From Eledone cirrhosa (Eukaryota), in NCBI GenBank assembly GCA_964016885.1, contig OZ024744.1, positions 134,230,001 to 134,294,000 of the forward strand: a stretch of 64,000 nt of DNA. Reading direction: 5' to 3'. The notes beneath the pieces were generated by a model that saw nothing but the letters and a program-made list of their open reading frames with translations, made no database searches and was not told the origin of the DNA. Shown one piece after another: positions 48,401 to 61,400 of this stretch (positions are counted from its first letter, which is position 1; every line of letters begins with the position of its first letter). The translations under genes were made by a program, and so were the position numbers.

Positions 48401-51400
48401 TAAGTTAAGTTGGGGATAAGTTAAGTTGGGGTTAAGTTAAGTTGGGGTTAAGTTAAGTTGGGGTTAAGTTAAGTTGGGGCTAAGTTAAGTTGGGGCTGAG
48501 TTAAGTTGGGGTTAAGTTAAGTTGGGGTTAAGTTAAGTTGGGGTTAATTTAAGTTGGGGTTTATTTAAGTTGGGGTTACGTTAAGTTGGTGTTAAGTTAA
48601 GTTGGGGTTAATTTAAGTTGGGGTTAATTAAGTTGGGGTTAAGTTAAGTTGGGGTTAAGTTAAGTTGGGGTTAATTTAAGTTGGGGTTGAGTTAAGTTGG
48701 GGTTAAGTTAAGTTGGGGTTATATTAAGTTGGGGTTAAGTTACGTTGGGGTTCAGTTAAGTTGAGTATAAGTTAAGTTGGGGTTAAGTTAATTTGGGGTT
48801 AAGTTAAGTTGGGGTTAAGTTAAGTTGGGGTTAAGTTAAGTTGGGGTTAAGTTAAGTTGGTGTTAAGTTAAGTTGGGGCTAAGTTAAGTTGGGGCTGAGT
48901 TAAGTTGGGGCTGAGTTAAGTTGGGGTTAAGTTAAGTTGGGGTCAAGTTAAGTTGGGGTTAAGTTGGGGTTAAGTTAAGTTAGGTTTAAGTTAAGATGGG
49001 GTTATGTTAAGTTGGGGTTAAGTTAAGTTGGGGTTAAGTTAAGTCGGGGTTAAGTTAAGTTGGGGTTAAGTTAAGTTGGGGTTAATTTAAGTTGGGGTTA
49101 AGTTAAGTTGGGGTCAAGTTAAGTTGGGGTTAAGTTGGGGTTAAGTTAATTTGTGGTTAAGTTAAGTTGGGGTTAAGTTAAGTTGGGGTTAAGTTAAGTT
49201 GGGGTTAAGTTAAGTCGGGGTTAAGTTAAGTTGGGGTTAAGTTAAGTTGGGGTTAATTTAAGTTGGGGTTAAGTTAAGTTGGGGTCAAGTTAAGTTGGGG
49301 TTAAGTTGGGGTTAAGTTAAGTTAGGTTTAAGTTAAGTTGGGGTTAAGTTAAGTTGGGGTTAAGTTAAGTTGGGGTTAAGTTAAGTTGGGGTTAAGTTAA
49401 TTTGTGGTTAAGTTAAGTTGGGGTTAAGTTAAGTTGGGGTTAAGTTAAGTTGGGGTTAAGTTAAGTCGGGGTTAAGTTAAGTTGGGGTTAAGTTAAGTTG
49501 GGGTTAATTTAAGTTGGGGTTAAGTTAAGTTGGGGTTAAGTTAAGTTGGGGTTAAATTAAGTTGGGGTTATGTTAAGTTGGGGTTAAGTCAAGTTGGGGT
49601 TAAGTTAAGTTGGGGATAAGTTAAGTTGGGGATAATTTAAGTTGGGGTTAAGTTAAGTTGGGTTTAAGTTAAGTTGGGGTAAAGTTAAGTTGGGGTTAAG
49701 TTAAGTTGGGGTTAAGTTAAGTTGGGGTTAAGTTAAGTTGGGGCTAAGTTAAGTTGGGGCTGAGTTAAGTTGGGGTTAAGTTAAGTTGGGCTTAATTTAA
49801 GTCGGGGTTAAGTTAAGTTAGGGTTCAGTTAAGTTGGGGTTAAGTTAAGTTGGGGTTAAGTTAAGTTGGGGTTAAGTTAAGTCGGGGTTAAGTTAAGTTG
49901 GGGTTAAGTTAAGTTGGGGTTAAGTTAAGTCGGGGTTAAGTTAAGTTGGGGTTAAGTTAAGTTGGGGTTAATTTAAGTTGGGGTTAAGTTAAGTTGGGGT
50001 TAAGTTAAGTTGGGGTTAAGTTAAGATGGGGTTAATTTAAGTTGGGGTTAAGTTAAGTTGAGGTTAAGTTAAGTTGGGGTTAAATTAAGTTGGGGTTAAG
50101 GTAAGTTGGGGTTAAGTCAAGTTGGGGTTAAGTTAAGTTGGGGTTAAGATGGGGTTAAATTAAGTTGGGGTTAAGTTAAGTTGGGGTTAATTTAAGTTGG
50201 GGTTAAGTTAAGTTGGGGTTAAGTTAAGTCGGGGTTAAGTTAAGTCGGGGTTAAGTTAAGTTAGGGTTCAGTTAAGTTGGGGTTAAGTTAAGTTGGGGTT
50301 GAGTTAAGTTGGGGTTGAGTTAAATTGGGGTTGAGTTAAGTTGGGGTTGAGTTAAGTTGGTGTTGAGTTAAGTTGGGGTTAAGTTAAGTTGGGGTTACCT
50401 TAATTTGTGGTTAAGTTAAGTTGGGGTTAAGTTAAGTTGGGGTTAAGTTAAGTTGGGGTTAAGTTAAGTCGGGGTTAAGTTAAGTTGGGGTTGAGTTAAG
50501 TTGGGGTTAATTTAAGTTGGGGTTAAGTTAAGTTGGGGTTAAGTTAAGTTGGGGTTAAGTTAAGTTGGGGTTAAGTTAAGTTGGGGTTAAGTTAAGTTGA
50601 GGTTAAGTTAAGTTGGGGTTAAATTAAGTTGGGGTTAAGTTAAGTTGGGGTTAAGTTAAGTTGGGGTTAAGTTAAGTTGGGGATAAGTTAAGTTGGGGAT
50701 AATTTAAGTTGGGGTTAAGTTAAGTTGGGTTTAAGTTAAGTTGGGGTTAAGTTAAGTTCGGGATAAGTTAAGTTGGGGTTAAGTTAAGTTGGGGTTAAGT
50801 TAAGTTGGGGTTAAGTTAAGTTGGGGCTAAGTTAAGTTGGGGCTGAGTTAAGTTGGGGTTAAGTTAAGTTGGGGTTAAGTTAAGTTGGGGTTAATTTAAG
50901 TTGGGGTTTATTTAAGTTGGGGTTACGTTAAGTTGGTGTTAAGTTAAGTTGGGGTTAATTTAATTGGGGTTAATTAAGTTGGGGTTAAGTTAAGTTGGGG
51001 TTAAGTTAAGTTGGGGTTAATTTAAGTTGGGGTTGAGTTAAGTTGGGGTTAAGTTAAGTTGGGGTTATATTAAGTTGGGGTTAAGTTAAGTTGGGGTTCA
51101 GTTAAGTTGGGTATAAGTTAAGTTGGGGCTAAGTTAAGTTGGGGCTGAGTTAAGTTGGGGCTGAGTTAAGTTGGGGTTAAGTTAAGTTGGGGTCAAGTTA
51201 AGTTGGGGTTAAGTTGGGGTTAAGTTAAGTTAGGTTTAAGTTAAGATGGGGTTAAGTTAAGTTGGGGTTAAGTTAAGTTGGGGTTAAGTTAAGTCGGGGT
51301 TAAGTTAAGTTGGGGTTAAGTTAAGTTGGGGTTAATTTAAGTTGGGGTTAAGTTAAGTTGGGGTCAAGTTAAGTTGGGGTTAAGTTGGGGTTAAGTTAAT

Positions 51401-54400
51401 TTGTGGTTAAGTTAAGTTGGGGTTAAGTTGGGGTTAAGTTAAGTTAGGTTTAAGTTAAGTTGGGGTTAAGTTAAGTTGGGGTTAAGTTAATTTGTGGTTA
51501 AGTTAAGTTGGGGTTAAGTTGGGGTTAAGTTAAGTTAGGTTTAAGTTAAGTTGGGGTCAAGTTAAGTTGGGGTTAAGTTGGGGTTAAGTTAAGTTAGGTT
51601 TAAGTTAATTTGGGGTTAAGTCAAGTTGGGGTTAAGTTAAGTTGGGGATAAGTTAAGTTGGGGATAATTTAAGTTGGGGTTAAGTTAAGTTGGGTTTAAG
51701 TTAAGTTGGGGTTAAGTTAAGTTGGGGTTAAGTCAAGTTGGGGTTAAGTTAAGTTGGGGATAAGTTAAGTTGGGGATAATTTAAGTTGGGGTTAAGTTAA
51801 GTTGGGTTTAAGTTAAGTTGGGGTTAAGTTAAGTTGGGGTTAAGTTAAATTGGGGTTAAGTTAAGTTGGGTTTAAGTTAAGTTGGGGTTAAGTTAAGTTG
51901 GGCTTAATTTAAGTCGGGGTTAAGTTAAGTTAGGGTTCAGTTAAGTTGGGGTTAAGTTAAGTTTGGGTTAAGTTAAGTTGGGGTTAAGTTAAGTCGGGGT
52001 TAAGTTAAGTTGGGGTTAAGTTAAGTTGGGGTTAAGTTAAGTCGGGGTTAAGTTAAGTTGGGGTTAAGTTAAGTTGGGATTAATTTAAGTTGGGGTTAAG
52101 TTAAGTTGGGGTTAAGTTAAGTTGGGGTTAAGTTAAGATGGGGTTAATTTAAGTTGGGGTTAAGTTAAGTTGAGGTTAAGTTAAGTTGGGGTTAACTTAA
52201 GTTGGGGTTAAGTTAAGTTGGGGTTAAGTCAAGTTGGGGTTAAGTTAAGTTGGGGATAAGTTAAGTTGGGAATAATTTAAGTTGGGTTTAAGTTAAGTTG
52301 GGGTTAAGTTAAGTTGGGGTTAAGTTAAGTTGGGGTTAAGTTAAGTTGGGGTTAATTTAAGTTGGGGCTAAGTTAAGTTGGGACTGAGTTAAGTTGGGGT
52401 TAAGTTAAGTTGGGGTTAAGTTAAGTTGGGGTTAAGCTAAGTTGGAGTTTATTTAAGTTGGGGTTAAGTTAAGTTGGGGTTCAGTTAAGTTGGGGTTAAG
52501 TTAAGTTGGGGTTAAGATGGGGTTAAATTAAGTTGGGGTTAAGTTAAGTTGGGGTTAATTTAAGTTGGGGTTAAGTTAAGTTGGGGTTAAGTTAAGTCGG
52601 GGTTAAGTTAAGTCGGGGTTAAGTTAAGTTAGGGTTCAGTTAAGTTGGGGTTAAGTTAAGTTGGGGTTGAGTTAAGTTGGGGTTGAGTTAAATTGGGGTT
52701 GAGTTAAGTTGGGGTTGAGTTAAGTTGGTGTTGAGTTAAGTTGGGGTTAAGTTAAGTTGGGGTTAAGTTAATTTGTGGTTAAGTTAAGTTGGGGTTAAGT
52801 TAAGTTGGGGTTAAGTTAAGTTGGGGTTATATTAAGTTGGGGTTAAGTTAAGTTGGGGTTCAGTTAAGTTGGGTATAAGTTAAGTTGGGGTTAAGTTAAG
52901 TTGGGGTTAAGTTAAGTTGGGGTTAAGTTAAGTTGGTGTTAAGTTAAGTTGGGGCTAAGTTAAGTTGGGGCTGAGTTAAGTTGGGGCTGAGTTAAGTTGG
53001 GGTTAAGTTAAGTTGGGGTCAAGTTAAGTTGGGGTTAAGTTGGGGTTAAGTGAAGTTAGGTTTAAGTTAAGATGGGGTTAAGTTAAGTTGGGGTTAAGTT
53101 AAGTTGGGGTTAAGTTAAGTCGGGGTTAAGTTAAGTTGGGGTTAATTTAAGTTGGGGTTAAGTTAAGTTGGGGTCAAGTTAAGTTGGGGTTAAGTTGGGG
53201 TTAAGTTAATTTGTGGTTAAGTTAAGTTGGGGTTAAGTTGGGGTTAAGTTAAGTTAGGTTTAAGTTAAGTTGGGGTTAAGTTAAGTTGGGGTTAAGTTAA
53301 TTTGTGGTTAAGTTAAGTTGGGGTTAAGTTGGGGTTAAGTTAAGTTAGGTTTAAGTTAAGTTGGGGTCAAGTTAAGTTGGGGTTAAGTTAAGTTAGGTTT
53401 AAGTTAAGTTGGGGTTAAGTTAAGTTGGGGTTAAGTTAAGTTGGGGTTAAGTTAAGTTGGGGTTAAGTTAATTTGTGGTTAAGTTAAGTTGGGGTTAAGT
53501 TAAGTTGGGGTTAAGTTAAGTTGGGGTTAAGTTAAGTCGGGGTTAAGTTAAGTTGGGGTTAAGTTAAGTTGGGGTTAATTTAAGTTGGGGTTAAGTTGGG
53601 GTTAAGTTAAGTTGGGGTTAAATTAAGTTGGGGTTAAGTTAAGTTGGGGTTAAGTCAAGTTGGGGTTAAGTTAAGTTGGGGATAAGTTAAGTTGGGGATA
53701 ATTTAAGTTGGGGTTAAGTTAAGTTGGGTTTAAGTTAAGTTGGGGTTAAGTTAAGTTGGGGTTAAGTTAAGTTGGGGTTAAGTTAAGTTGGGGTTAAGTT
53801 AAGTCGGGGTTAAGTTAAGTTGGGGTTAAGTTAAGTTGGGGTTAAGTTAAGTCGGGGTTAAGTTAAGTTGGGGTTAAGTTAAGTTGGGGTTAATTTAAGT
53901 TGGGGTTAAGTTAAGTTGGGGTTAAGTTAAGTTGGGGTTAAGTTAAGATGGGGTTAATTTAAGTTGGGGTTAAGTTAAGTTGAGGTTAAGTTAAGTTGGG
54001 GTTAAATTAAGTTGGGGTTAAGTTAAGTTGGGGTTAAGTCAAGTTGGGGTTAAGTTAAGTTGGGGATAAGCTAAGTTGGGGATAATTTAAGTTGGGTTTA
54101 AGTTAAGTTGGGGTTAAGTTAAGTTGGGGTTAAGTTAAGTTGGGGTTAATTTAAGTTGGGGCTAAGTTAAGTTGGGACTGAGTTAAGTTGGGGTTAAGTT
54201 AAGTTGGGGTTAAGTTAAGTTGGGGTTAAGTTAAGTTGGAGTTTATTTAAGTTGGGGTTAAGTTAAGTTGGGGTTCAGTTAAGTTGGGGTTAAGTTAAGT
54301 TGGGGTTAAGATGGGGTTAAATTAAGTTGGGGTTAAGTTAAGTTGGGGTTAATTTAAGTTGGGGTTAAGTTAAGTTGGGGTTAAGTTAAGTCGGGGTTAA

Positions 54401-55840
54401 GTTAAGTCGGGGTTAAGTTAAGTTAGGGTTCAGTTAAGTTGGGGTTAAGTTAAGTTGGGGTTGAGTTAAGTTGGGGTTGAGTTAAATTGGGGTTGAGTTA
54501 AGTTGGGGTTGAGTTAAGTTGGTGTTGAGTTAAGTTGGGGTTAAGTTAAGTTGGGGTTAAGTTAATTTGTGGTTAAGTTAAGTTGGGGTTAAGTTAAGTT
54601 GGGGTTAAGTTAAGTTGGGGGTAAGTTAAGTCGGGGTTAAGTTAAGTTGGGGTTGAGTTAAGTTGGGGTTAATTTAAGTTGGGGTTAAGTTAAGTTGGGG
54701 TTAAGTTAAGTTGGGGTTAAGTTAAGTTGGGGTTAAGTTAAGTTGAGGTTAAGTTAAGTTGGGGTTAAATTAAGTTGGGGTTAAGTTAAGTTGGAGTTAA
54801 GTTAAGTTGGGGTTAAGTTAAGTTGGGGATAAGTTAAGTTGGGGATAATTTAAGTTGGGGTTAAGTTAAGTTGGGTTTAAGTTAAGTTGGGGTTAAGTTA
54901 AGTTGGGGATAAGTTAAGTTGGGGTTAAGTTAAGTTGGGGTTAAGTTAAGTTGGGGTTAAGTTAAGTTGGGGCTAAGTTAAGTTGGGGCTGAGTTAAGTT
55001 GGGGTTAAGTTAAGTTGGGGTTAAGTTAAGTTGGGGTTAATTTAAGTTGGGGTTTATTTAAGTTGGGGTTACGTTAAGTTGGTGTTAAGTTAAGTTGGGG
55101 TTAATTTAAGTTGGGGTTAATTAAGTTGGGGTTAAGTTAAGTTGGGGTTAAGTTAAGTTGGGGTTAAGTTAAGTTGGGGTTAAGTTAAGTTGGGGTTAAT
55201 TTAAGTTGGGGTTAAGTTAAGTTGGGGTTAAGTTAAGTTGAGGTTAAGTTAAGTTGGGGTTAAATTAAGTTGGGGTTAAGTTAAGTTGGGGTTAAGTTAA
55301 GTTGGGGTTAAGTTAAGTTGGGGATAAGTTAAGTTGGGGATAATTTAAGTTGGGGTTAAGTTAAGTTGGGGTTAAATTAAGTTGGGGTTAAGTTAAGTTG
55401 GGGTTAAGTTAAGTTGGGGTTAAGTTAAGTTGGGGATAAGTTAAGTTGGGGATAATTTAAGTTGGGGTTAAGTTAAGTTGGGTTTAAGTTAAGTTGGGGT
55501 TAAGTTAAGTTGGGGATAAGTTAAGTTGGGGTTAAGTTAAGTTGGGGTTAAGTTAAGTTGGGGTTAAGTTAAGTTGGGGCTAAGTTAAGTTGGGGATAAG
55601 TTAAGTTGGGGTTAAGTTAAGTTGAGGTTAATTTAAGTTGGGGTTAAATTAAGTTGGGGTTAAGTTAAGTTGGGGTTAAGTTAAGTTGGGGTTACGTTAA
55701 GTTGGGGATAAGTTAAGTTGGGGATAATTTAAGTTGGGGTTAAGTTAAGTTGGGTTTAAGTTAAGTTAGGGTTAAGTTAAGTTGGGGATAAGTTAAGTTG
55801 GGGTTAAGTTAAGTTGGGGTTAAGTTAAGTTGGGGTTAAG
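45416..55840 (+). repeat. Long-range copy of ~1-10520 (offset ~45.3-45.4 kb)
   Basis: TAATTTGTGG 42/45457 and AAGTAGGGG 367/45782 (offset 45,415), TTACCTT 4998/50397 (45,399), TTCGGGATA 5328/50759 (45,431), AAGTGAAG 7749/53052 (45,303, after a rearrangement near 51620). Confidence 0.88.
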
Positions 55841-58414
55841 TTAAGTTGGGGGTAAGTTAAGTCGGGGTTAAGTTAAGTTGGGGTTGAGTTAAGTTGGGGT
55901 TAATTTAAGTTGGGGTTAAGTTAAGTTGGGGTTAAGTTAAGTTGGGGTTAAGTTAGGTTGGGGTTAAGTTAAGTTGAGGTTAAGTTAAGTTGGGGTTAAA
56001 TTAAGTTGGGGTTAAGTTAAGTTGGAGTTAAGTTAAGTTGGGGTTAAGTTAAGTTGGGGATAAGTTAAGTTGGGGATAATTTAAGTTGGGGTTAAGTTAA
56101 GTTGGGTTTAAGTTAAGTTGGGGTTAAGTTAAGTTGGGGATAAGTTAAGTTGGGGTTAAGTTAAGTTGGGGTTAAGTTAAGTTGGGGTTAAGTTAAGTTG
56201 GGGCTAAGTTAAGTTGGGGCTGAGTTAAGTTGGGGTTAAGTTAAGTTGGGGTTAAGTTAAGTTGGGGTTAATTTAAGTTGGGGTTTATTTAAGTTGGGGT
56301 TACGTTAAGTTGGTGTTAAGTTAAGTTGGGGTTAATTTAAGTTGGGGTTAATTAAGTTGGGGTTAAGTTAAGTTGGGGTTAAGTTAAGTTGGGGTTAAGT
56401 TAAGTTGGGGTTAAGTTAAGTTGGGGTTAATTTAAGTTGGGGTTAAGTTAAGTTGGGGTTAAGTTAAGTTGAGGTTAAGTTAAGTTGGGGTTAAATTAAG
56501 TTGGGGTTAAGTTAAGTTGGGGTTAAGTTAAGTTGGGGTTAAGTTAAGTTGGGGATAAGTTAAGTTGGGGATAATTTAAGTTGGGGTTAAGTTAAGTTGG
56601 GGTTAAATTAAGTTGGGGTTAAGTTAAGTTGGGGTTAAGTTAAGTTGGGGTTAAGTTAAGTTTGGGATAAGTTAAGTTGGGGATAATTTAAGTTGGGGTT
56701 AAGTTAAGTTGGGTTTAAGTTAAGTTGGGGTTAAGTTAAGTTGGGGATAAGTTAAGTTGGGGTTAAGTTAAGTTGGGGTTAAGTTAAGTTGGGGTTAAGT
56801 TAAGTTGGGGCTAAGTTAAGTTGGGGATAAGTTAAGTTGGGGTTAAGTTAAGTTGAGGTTAAGTTAAGTTGGGGATAATTTAAGTTGGGGTTAAGTTAAG
56901 TTGGGTTTAAGTTAAGTTGGGGTTAAGTTAAGTTGGGGATAAGTTAAGTTGGGGTTAAGTTAAGTTGGGGTTAAGTTAAGTTGGGTTTAAGTTAAGTTGG
57001 GGCTAAGTTAAGTTGGGGCTGAGTTAAGTTGGGGTTAAGTTAAGTTGGGGTTAAGTTAAGTTGGGGTTAATTTAAGTTGGGGTTTATTTAAGTTGGGGTT
57101 ACGTTAAGTTGGTGTTAAGTTAAGTTGGGGTTAATTTAAGTTGGGGTTAATTAAGTTGGGGTTAAGTTAAGTTGGGGTTAAGTTAAGTTGGGGTTAATTT
57201 AAGTTGGGGTTGAGTTAAGTTGGGGTTAAGTTAAGTTGGGGTTATATTAAGTTGGGGTTAAGTTACGTTGGGGTTCAGTTAAGTTGGGTATAAGTTAAGT
57301 TGGGGTTAAGTTAATTTGGGGTTAAGTTAAGTTGGGGTTAAGTTAAGTTGGGGTTAAGTTAAGTTGGGGTTAAGTTAAGTTGGTGTTAAGTTAAGTTGGG
57401 GCTAAGTTAAGTTGGGGCTGAGTTAAGTTGGGGCTGAGTTAAGTTGGGGTTAAGTTAAGTTGGGGTCAAGTTAAGTTGGGGTTAAGTTGGGGTTAAGTTA
57501 AGTTAGGTTTAAGTTAAGATGGGGTTAATTTAAGTTGGGGTTAAGTTAAGTTGGGGTTAAGTTAAGTCGGGGTTAAGTTAAGTTGGGGTTAAGTTAAGTT
57601 GGGGTTAATTTAAGTTGGGGTTAAGTTAAGTTGGGGTCAAGTTAAGTTGGGGTTAAGTTGGGGTTAAGTTAATTTGTGGTTAAGTTAAGTTGGGGTTAAG
57701 TTAAGTTGGGGTTAAGTTAAGTTGGGGTTAAGTTAAGTCGGGGTTAAGTTAAGTTGGGGTTAAGTTAAGTTGGGGTTAATTTAAGTTGGGGTTAAGTTAA
57801 GTTGGGGTCAAGTTAAGTTGGGGTTAAGTTGGGGTTAAGTTAAGTTAGGTTTAAGTTAAGTTGGGGTTAAGTTAAGTTGGGGTTAAGTTAAGTTGGGGTT
57901 AAGTTAAGTTGGGGTTAAGTTAATTTGTGGTTAAGTTAAGTTGGGGTTAAGTTAAGTTGGGGTTAAGTTAAGTTGGGGTTAAGTTAAGTCGGGGTTAAGT
58001 TAAGTTGGGGTTAAGTTAAGTTGGGGTTAATTTAAGTTGGGGTTAAGTTAAGTTGGGGTTAAGTTAAGTTGGGGTTAAATTAAGTTGGGGTTAAGTTAAG
58101 TTGGGGTTAAGTCAAGTTGGGGTTAAGTTAAGTTGGGGATAAGTTAAGTTGGGGATAATTTAAGTTGGGGTTAAGTTAAGTTGGGTTTAAGTTAAGTTGG
58201 GGTTAAGTTAAGTTGGGGTTAAGTTAAGTTGGGGTTAAGTTAAGTTGGGGTTAAGTTAAGTTGGGGTTAAGTTAAGTTGGGGCTAAGTTAAGTTGGGGCT
58301 GAGTTAAGTTGGGGTTAAGTTAAGTTGGGCTTAATTTAAGTCGGGGTTAAGTTAAGTTAGGGTTCAGTTAAGTTGGGGTTAAGTTAAGTTGGGGTTAAGT
58401 TAAGTTGGGGTTAA

Positions 58415-61400
58415 GTTAAGTCGGGGTTAAGTTAAGTTGGGGTTAAGTTAAGTTGGGGTTAAGTTAAGTCGGGGTTAAGTTAAGTTGGGGTTAAGTTAAG
58501 TTGGGGTTAATTTAAGTTGGGGTTAAGTTAAGTTGGGGTTAAGTTAAGTTGGGGTTAAGTTAAGATGGGGTTAATTTAAGTTGGGGTTAAGTTAAGTTGA
58601 GGTTAAGTTAAGTTGGGGTTAAATTAAGTTGGGGTTAAGGTAAGTTGGGGTTAAGTCAAGTTGGGGTTAAGTTAAGTTGGGGATAAGTTAAGTTGGGGAT
58701 AATTTAAGTTGGGTTTAAGTTAAGTTGTGGTTAAGTTAAGTTGGGGTTAAGTTAAGTTGGGATTAAGTTAAGTTGGGGTTAATTTAAGTTGGGGCTAAGT
58801 TAAGTTGGGACTGAGTTAAGTTGGGGTTAAGTTAAGTTGGGGTTAAGTTAAGTTGGGGTTAAGTTAAGTTGGAGTTTATTTAAGTTGGGGTTAAGTTAAG
58901 TTGGGGTTCAGTTAAGTTGGGGTTAAGATGGGGTTAAATTAAGTTGGGGTTAAGTTAAGTTGGGGTTAATTTAAGTTGGGGTTAAGTTAAGTTGGGGTTA
59001 AGTTAAGTCGGGGTTAAGTTAAGTCTGGGTTAAGTTAAGTTAGGGTTCAGTTAAGTTGTGGTTAAGTTAAGTTGGGGTTGAGTTAAGTTGGGGTTGAGTT
59101 AAATTGGGGTTGAGTTAAGTTGGGGTTGAGTTAAGTTGGTGTTGAGTTAAGTTGGGGTTAAGTTAAGTTGGGGTTACGTTAATTTGTGGTTAAGTTAAGT
59201 TGGGGTTAAGTTAAGTTGGGGTTAAGTTAAGTTGGGGTTAAGTTAAGTCGGGGTTAAGTTAAGTTGGGGTTGAGTTAAGTTGGGGTTAATTTAAGTTGGG
59301 GTTAAGTTAAGTTGGGGTTAAGTTAAGTTGGGGTTAAGTTAAGTTGGGGTTAAGTTAAGTTGGGGTTAAGTTAAGTTGAGGTTAAGTTAAGTTGGGGTTA
59401 AATTAAGTTGGGGTTAAGTTAAGTTGGGGTTAAGTTAAGTTGGGGATAAGTTAAGTTGGGGATAATTTAAGTTGGGGTTAAGTTAAGTTGGGTTTAAGTT
59501 AAGTTGGGGTTAAGTTAAGTTCGGGATAAGTTAAGTTGGGGTTAAGTTAAGTTGGGGTTAAGTTAAGTTGGGGTTAAGTTAAGTTGGGGCTAAGTTAAGT
59601 TGGGGCTGAGTTAAGTTGGGGTTAAGTTAAGTTGGGGTTAAGTTAAGTTGGGGTTAATTTAAGTTGGGGTTTATTTAAGTTGGGGTTACGTTAAGTTGGT
59701 GTTAAGTTAAGTTGGGGTTAATTTAAGTTGGGGTTAATTAAGTTGGGGTTAAGTTAAGTTGGGGTTAAGTTAAGTTGGGGTTAATTTAAGTTGGGGTTGA
59801 GTTAAGTTGGGGTTAAGTTAAGTTGGGGTAATATTAAGTTGGGGTTAAGTTAAGTTGGGGTTCAGTTAAGTTGGGTATAAGTTAAGTTGGGGTTAAGTTA
59901 AGTTGGGGTTAAGTTAAGTTGGGGTTAAGTTAAGTTGGTGTTAAGTTAAGTTGGGGCTAAGTTAAGTTGGGGCTGATTTAAGTTGGGGCTGAGTTAGGTT
60001 GGGGTTAAGTTAAGTTGGGGTCAAGTTAAGTTGGGGTTAAGTTGGGGTTAAGTTAAGTTAGGTTTAAGTTAAGATGGGGTTAAGTTAAGTTGGGGTTAAG
60101 TTAAGTTGGGGTTAAGTTAATTTGTGGTTAAGTTAAGTTGGGGTTAAGTTAAGTTGGGGTTAAGTTAAGTTGGGGTTAAGTTAAGTCGGGGTTAAGTTAA
60201 GTTGGGGTTAAGTTAAGTTGGGGTTAATTTAAGTTGGGGTTAAGTTAAGTTGGGGTCAAGTTAAGTTGGGGTTAAGTTGGGGTTAAGTTAAGTTAGGTTT
60301 AAGTTAAGTTGGGGTTAAGTTAAGTTCGGGTTAAGTTAAGTTTGGGTTAAGTTAAGTTGGGGTTAAGTTAAGTTGGGGTTAAGTTAATTTGTGGTTAAGT
60401 TAAGTTGGGGTTAAGTTAAGTTGGGGTTAAGTTAAGTTGGGGTTAAGTTAAATCGGGGTTAAGTTAAGTTGGGGTTAAGTTAAGTTGGGGTTAATTTAAG
60501 TTGGGGTTAAGTTAAGTTGGGGTTAAGTTAAGTTGGGGTTAAATTAAGTTGGGGTTAAGTTAAGTTGGGGTTAAGTCAAGTTGGGGTTAAGTTAAGTTGG
60601 GGATAAGTTAAGTTGGGGATAATTTAAGTTGGGGTTAAGTTAAGTTGGGTTTAAGTTAAGTTGGGGTTAAGTTAAGTTGGGGTTAAGTTAAGTTGGGGTT
60701 AAGTTAAGTTGGGGTTAAGTTAAGTTGGGGTTAAGTTAAGTTGTGGCTAAGTTAAGTTGGGGCTGAGTTAAGTTGGGGTTAAGTTAAGTTGGGCTTAATT
60801 TAAGTTGGGGTTAAGTTAAGTTAGGGTTCAGTTAAGTTGGGGTTAAGTTAAGTTGGGGTTAAGTTAAGTTGGGGTTAAGTTAAGTCGGGGTTAAGTTAAG
60901 TTGGGGTTAAGTTAAGTTGGGGTTAAGTTAAGTCGGGGTTAAGTTAAGTTGGGGTTAAGTTAAGTTGGGGTTAATTTAAGTTGGGGTTAAGTTAAGTTGG
61001 GGTTAAGTTAAGTTGGGGTTAAGTTAAGATGGGGTTAATTTAAGTTGGGGTTAAGTTAAGTTGAGGTTAAGTTAAGTTGGGGTTAAATTAAGTTGGGGTT
61101 AAGTTAAGTTGGGGTTAAGTCAAGTTGGGGTTAAGTTAAGTTGGGGATAAGTTAAGTTGGGGATAATTTAAGTTGGGTTTAAGTTAAGTTGGGGTTAAGT
61201 TGAGTTGGGGTTAAGTTAAGTTGGGGTTAAGTTAAGTTGGGGTTAATTTAAGTTGGGGCTAAGTTAAGTTGGGACTGAGTTAAGTTGGGGTTAAGTTAAG
61301 TTGGGGTTAAGTTAAGTTGGAGTTTATTTAAGTTGGGGTTAAGTTAAGTTGGGGTTCAGTTAAGTTGGGGTTAAGTTAAGTTGGGGTTAAGATGGGGTTA

